Notes under the pieces: model-generated | The model's input: the letters and a program-made list of their open reading frames with translations, nothing else | What the model was told of the DNA's origin: nothing | Database searches by the model: none | NCBI GenBank assembly: GCA_951406725.2 | Contig: OX597814.1 | Coordinates: forward strand, 136,400,001 to 136,464,000 | From: Octopus vulgaris | Taxonomy: Eukaryota | Direction of reading: 5' to 3' | Length of the DNA: 64,000 nucleotides | Made by a program: the position numbers and the translations under genes | Part shown: piece by piece, positions 58,043 through 64,000 of the stretch | How positions within the stretch are numbered: position 1 is the first letter of the stretch | How the letters are laid out: each line of letters opens with the position of its first letter

Positions 58043-58550
58043 ATGAACAACGATATGTACATATCGTTGTTATATATATGTATATTTACATACATATATT
58101 TTGTGTGTGTGTGTGTGTGTCTACGTGTGTGTGCGTGTGTGTACGTGTGTGTGCGCGCGTGTGTATGTGATTGTGTATGTGACTCCGAACTTTTGGCAAG
58201 CTAAACTATCGTCAGACTGCGATGCATTGAAGTTAATCTTGGCTTTATACACCCTCTGTTGAGTTAAAGACCTCCTTGGGTATGTGAGTTTGAGTGGAGT
58301 GGTAATTAGGCTGGTGAGGTGTTTTGAAAAACTTTTATTAATTAAATTTGTGGTTATATAGTTTAGAACTAATTCATGTACTTTTTAAGCGGGTCTCATG
58401 GGATTAGATTTTACTGGTTAGCAAAAAGGATGCTGGAAGGTATAAGAAGTTTTTGATCAGTGGATGTGTCAATAGCTTTTGTTATTTTTTTTTTATTTAA
58501 TCCCTTGCTTTGCAAATGTTCAAAGTTTTGCCCAGTGTTTAAAAACTTAA

Positions 58551-58762
58551 TAACTGAGTGAGTCAACATTTTGTTATGGAATATATTAAGGGTTCACAAA
58601 AGAATGTAACTAGGTGGTACGTTTTAAACTCCACCTTTCAAATGCAAACAGAAATACCTTAAATAGCAGCAACACATAAAGAAATTGACCAGGTAATACA
58701 TACTTATATTCGTTTGTGAACCTCTAAAATATTCAATGACAAAAATGTTGACATACCCAATT
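58551..58762. mobile_element. Small inverted-repeat element (MITE-like)
   Basis: gtcaacattttgttatggaatatattaagggttcacaaaagaatgtaa vs reverse complement of ttatattcgtttgtgaacctctaaaatattcaatgacaaaaatgttgac. Confidence 0.65.
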
Positions 58763-58868
58763 ACCCGAAATATTGAATACTACATTAATTCACATCATAT
58801 TTGTTTTCTTGTGATTTACCTTGCATTTATTTCGCATTGTTTTGGCCTCACCCACGATCCTTTATACA

Positions 58869-58913
<45 letters not shown>

Positions 58914-59254
58914 TTCACATATACATACATACATACATACATACATACATACATACATACATACATACATACATACATACATGCATCTCGCTTTTATCCT
59001 TCGAAACGTAGAGTAGATGAAACCTTTAGCGACTGAAGAAGGGGTTTTTTCTTTGTGTTAATTGTCCTGTACTCTATTTTTTTGTTGTTTTTAAAAAATG
59101 TCCAGTTCCTTTGGTTTGTGTCTATGTTTTCGTTTCTCATTGTGTTCGACGTCCTTTTGGTGTCCTGTACTCATATATGCGTGTATATGTATATGTAGAG
59201 GTAGGTACGTACATATATGTTTATATATATGCATATGTTTTATTTTATTTATTA

Positions 59255-59313
<59 letters not shown>

Positions 59314-59355
59314 CATATATACATATATGTATATATATATATATACATGCATACA

Positions 59356-59449
<94 letters not shown>

Positions 59450-59547
59450 GTTAATCCAAACATGAACAAAGAGAAAACACAACAACGTGAGGACGTGGAA
59501 TAAGTATAGTGTTATTGGACGCTCAGGAAAGGAAAGAAAGAAGGAGG

Positions 59548-59582
59548 ATTTAACGTTCCGAGCGGAGCTCTTCGTCAGAAAT
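59548..59582 (-). ncRNA. Minimal hammerhead motif, second copy of the 11904 family
   Basis: Minus strand ATTT CTGACGA A GAGC-tcc-GCTC GGAA CG TT AAAT. Confidence 0.62.
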
Positions 59583-59741
59583 ATATAAAAAAAGAAAATG
59601 TTAAAGGAAGGGAAGACGGAGAAAGAAAATCGCCAACGATACACACGCGGTCACATATGTGTGTGTGTGTATACATACAAACACACACACATACCCACGC
59701 ATTCGCTCACACACGCACACGCACACGCACGCGCACACACA

Positions 59742-59773
<32 letters not shown>

Positions 59774-60848
59774 TTTAAGCGACAATAATGGTTCAAAGAA
59801 AAGAAAAGATTTAAGTCACTTTCGTGTAAATATCAGTAAACTTGAATTTCGTCCCAGTTCAAGGAATAAAAATGTTGGTTCCGAAATGCATTTTTAAAAA
59901 TTTATAACACACCGTATGCGCTCGCACATACATAACACAGTCACATACGTGCAGACATCCATACATTGTTTTTAAAATATTTTTGAAAATATTTCTTTAA
60001 AATATAATTTAAGACATAACTTAAAATATCATTTGAAGAAAAACGAGATTTTCTGAGGACAGTTTTTAGCGTGACCTCGATGTTAGACGTTTAAAACGAT
60101 TGGAATATTCCCACGAGAGCCAGTAGTGAAACAAAAACTGCAAGTTTCGAACGGCCGTTTTTTTAAATTTAAATTTTATTTTCTTTTTGTACGTTTTTAT
60201 AAAAAATAAAAAAGATAAGCGTTCTCTCCATAACTTTCATATAATATTTCAAAATATATTCAAACAACAGATAATTCAATAAAAAAAAAAGGACAAGCTC
60301 GGATTACCAGTTGAATAACCGACAACGCGAAACTCTGAATTCTGGAATTACGAGCCTTTCAGTTATAACGTATTAAAGAATACTATACATTAATATATTG
60401 ACGTCTGTAATTAATCACTTCTTGACGAAACAACATTTATTTATGCACACATACAAGGCGTTTACATCTAAACATACATACAGGTTAAAATATCCATAGG
60501 TGTTAAGGCAAGAATGTCAACACACTTGTTTCAAAACCTGTAGATCAACATGTAAAATTCTATAAAAACGAAACATTATATTTTGAATTACATTTTAATT
60601 TGGAGTGAACTAGTTTTCCCTATCCAATATTTTATATGTATTTATTTGGTATATTTTAGCCAAACATACTCATTTTATTTCGGATTCGTATTTGGTTTGC
60701 AAGATTCTAGATTTGAACACGTTTGCTGAAATGTATTGAGGTGTATATCGCGACGGTCATTATGCGAAGAATAAGCACACACAATTCGTAAGTTTATTAT
60801 GATATAACGACCCTCCCAAGAAAGAGCAAAATTTTCATTTTAAGGTTA

Positions 60849-61461
60849 CAGTAATCCCTCGCCATATCGCGGTTCACTTATCGCGGTTTATTATTTAAGC
60901 CTACGTCAATTCTTCTGTGGTGTTGTATTGTCTTTATAATAGAATAAATACATACAAATTATAAAAATAACAAGAGTACTCTGAGAGCGCAAACCTTCGC
61001 TAGGGCAACACCAACGCCCGCTCACTCAACGATTAGCCAGATATGATTTTTAAAATGAGAATATCTGAAATAAACCCAACTGCTCTCACAATTGAGAATA
61101 CTAAAAATGAACCGGACCGCTCTCAAAAATTAAGTAACCCCCCCCTCCCCCCCAAAAAAACACGAAAAATAATCCAGAATATTTTTCCAGTAACGGATCG
61201 ATCCCAAAATCTAATCAGTTCGTGCCAGTCACAAGGTCAATCATTCCTGAAAGTTTCATCCTAATCCATCCAGTGGTTCTTGAGATATCTTCTCCACGGA
61301 CAAACAAACAAACAAATGCGACGGAAAACAATACTTCTGTCTCAGCGAAGGCAGAGGTAATAACAAAAAATATACAGTACAGTACTGTTTCTACTTCACG
61401 GATTTTCACCTATAGCGGGGCGTTTTGGAACGTAACACCCGCGATAGTCGATGGATTACTG
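60849..61461. mobile_element. pogo/Tigger-like MITE with TA TSD, containing a nested element
   Basis: ta|CAGTAATCCCTCGCCATATCGCGG and CCGCGATAGTCGATGGATTACTG|ta. Confidence 0.85.
60969..61362. mobile_element. Helentron-associated (HINE/DINE-1-like) non-autonomous element
   Basis: aacaagag start, (ACAA)n, terminal hairpin cttctgtct-cagcga-aggcagagg then taata. Confidence 0.6.
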
Positions 61462-61799
61462 TATATTTCATCAAACTATGATGCCCTCTTGTAAATCACT
61501 GTGTAACAGCTCCATCAAAAGAGGGTTATAGCCAATAGATCTAAACGTCCCTGATTCAATGCCGGGATTTCCCAGGTCGATGAGGTTCTCCCTTGTTTTC
61601 GAAATTATTACGAAGAATTATTTCAAATCAACATCTCTGTACTTTCATTTACTTTGAGAAGGTACAACGGGACGATTTTCCTGTCATATATGCATATTTG
61701 TATGTATGTATGTTTGTACGTACAAACATATATACATATACATATACTCAGGCCTATCCCCCATTTTTTTAGGAGGGGTAGCCATAGCAAGACACACAT

Positions 61800-63676
61800 A
61801 AGGCATTCCATTAATTAGCCATCTGAAAAGTGTGGGCTCCTTTTGAGATGGCAAATAAATGGAATGCCCCCCCTAGGGTCAAGGCATGGAACGCAACCTC
61901 CAATATCAGCAGCGGAGCCCGACAGCATTTGCTGGTTTACCCCCGTCGCTTCATGCTTGTGCCGTACCCCTTTGAGCAACATCAAAATTCATTCATCCGT
62001 CCACAAACACTCCCCAAGCTTTCCTATCGTTTATAAACTCTCTTGCATCTCTCACTCCAACACCTCTAACCACCAAATCTTTCCTCACTCCATCCATCCA
62101 TCAGCACAAACTGAGGTCCTGTTGCCTACCACTTCAGCCTTCATCACCCTCCTTACTACCCACTCTTCATCCATCCTCTCCTTGTGACCAAACCACCGCA
62201 ACATTCGTCTATCCAATTTAGTTGTTAGTTTTTCTTTCATTCCTGCTTGTCTTCGGACTGCCTCTTTCCTCAACCTGTCCATCCGTGTCACACAAATCAT
62301 AGCCCTCATACATTTCATCTCAAACACATCTAGTCGCCTTCTTTCCGCCTCTCTCAGCCCCCACGCCTCTGCACCATATAACATTGTAGGCACAATCACG
62401 CCTTCAGACACACCTCTTTTTGCTTTCATACTCAACCTTTTATCTCTCAGCGTACCTTTCACAACTCCAAGGATCTTACTCCACTCCCTCACTCTGTATC
62501 CCATCTCCACAGCCAACCCCACCATCCGCCGTCACATGTGATCCTAGATACTTAAAAAACACTCACCTCCTCTAACATCTCACCATTTATACTCACTTCC
62601 ATCCCACCAGCTCTTCCCTCTCTCGAACATCTCATCACCTTACTCTTGGCTACATTCACTTTTAGTTTCCTCCTCTCACACGCTCTTCCAAACTCTAACA
62701 TTAGTCTCCTTAGTTGCTCTTCCGAATCCGCCACCAGTGCTGCATCATCAGCAAGCAACACCTGACTCACCTGTCATTTCTCTCCATTTTCTCCCACAAT
62801 TTGGGCTCCCCTACCAAGGGTTCTAGCATTTACCTCTCTCACCACACCGTCCATATATAGATTAAACAGCCACGGAGACATCACACAACCCTGTCTTAAC
62901 CCCAACTTCATATCAAACCACTCATTTCTTTCACCAACAACCCTAAAGCACGCCCTACTTTCTCTTTAAAATCACTGAACGGCTCTCAGCAATCAACAAT
63001 CTAATTCATACAACCGCAACACCTGCCACATTGCATCCCTGTCCACTCAGTCATATACTTTCTCTTAAGTCCATAAAGGCCCAATACACCTCTCTCTCGT
63101 TTGCCAAAGACTTCTCACACATCTGTCTGACTACAAATATTTGATCTGTACACCCGCTTCCACTCCTAAAACCACACTACTCCTCCCCAGGTACACTCTC
63201 TGTCTGGTTCCTCACCCTAACAACCAGAATTCTCCCATACAGTTTAGCAACCACATACAACAGGCTTATAACACAAACATTTCCACAATCACATTTACTC
63301 CCTTTCCCTTGTACATTGACTCTATACAGGCACTGCACCATGCATTTCGTACTCTTACGGCCATATAACAAACATTTATAAGCGTCACTAACCATTCAAT
63401 CACTGTCACTCCTCCTTTCTTTAGGCATTCCACTGTACACCCATCTATACCTGGCGCCTTCCGGTTTGCCGTCTTCCGCAGGGATTCCCTCACCTCTTCT
63501 CTTCAAGTTGCACCATAATTCCATTCCCCAACAACAGGCGTTCTCCACTCTCCTTCTACAGCAACTATACTTACCTCCCTAACATCCTCCACATTTAACA
63601 GCTCACTAAAATACTCTTCCCATTTTTATACATCCTCACTTCCTTTCAACAAATTTCCCTTTACATCCTTCACCCT
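61800..63676 (-). mobile_element. RTE-clade LINE RT and 3' region running into the gap
   Basis: KAPGIDG, VAKLYGRIL, LLADDAALVA, VPTMLYGAEAW, FEMKCMR, LRWFGH. Confidence 0.93.
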
Positions 63677-63776
63677 NNNNNNNNNNNNNNNNNNNNNNNN
63701 NNNNNNNNNNNNNNNNNNNNNNNNNNNNNNNNNNNNNNNNNNNNNNNNNNNNNNNNNNNNNNNNNNNNNNNNNNNN
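63677..63776. other. Assembly gap (100 N)
   Basis: Run of N. Confidence 1.
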
Positions 63777-64000
63777 AGATAGATAACTATTGCGGTTAGG
63801 AGTTCCGCTTAGCCCTTTTCGATTCAGTCGACTCAATTTTCAACCTCTCCACAGCGGATATTGGCCTTGTGCTTAATCAAAAAGAAATCGATTCAGACGT
63901 TGAGAATGCTGTTGAGACATAAGCGAAATCAAAGACTACAAAATTAAAACTTCACAGCAGTATTTAGTTCTAAAGAACTTCAAAGTAAAAGTATAAGAGT

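Overview
Eukaryotic, AT-rich, repeat-dominated window with no intact host protein-coding gene that I can recognise; most short ORFs in the track are translated microsatellites. The SINE, LINE and microsatellite content looks like an octopus (coleoid cephalopod) intron or intergenic region (inference from pattern recognition). Contents: (i) a nest of R4/Dong-clade non-LTR elements (RT plus restriction-like endonuclease) in (AAT)n tracts, including one near-full-length frameshifted copy at about 31.6-37.1 kb, and an AAT-flanked ~555-bp non-coding element; (ii) L1/Tx1, RTE and CR1-type LINE fragments; (iii) Penelope-like RT and GIY-YIG relics; (iv) mariner/Tc1/pogo, hAT-like and Helitron-like DNA elements; (v) several tRNA-derived SINE families and a truncated tRNA-Glu; (vi) a 100-N gap. 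The most interesting signal is a set of at least seven type-I hammerhead-ribozyme motifs with minimal, mostly palindromic stem III, carried by several unrelated short non-coding elements next to (TA)n or (AAT)n tracts. One of these is a tRNA-headed SINE with a hammerhead tail, a candidate Penelope-mobilised, Pol III-driven ribozyme retroposon. Element boundaries are approximate and all folds were done by eye.
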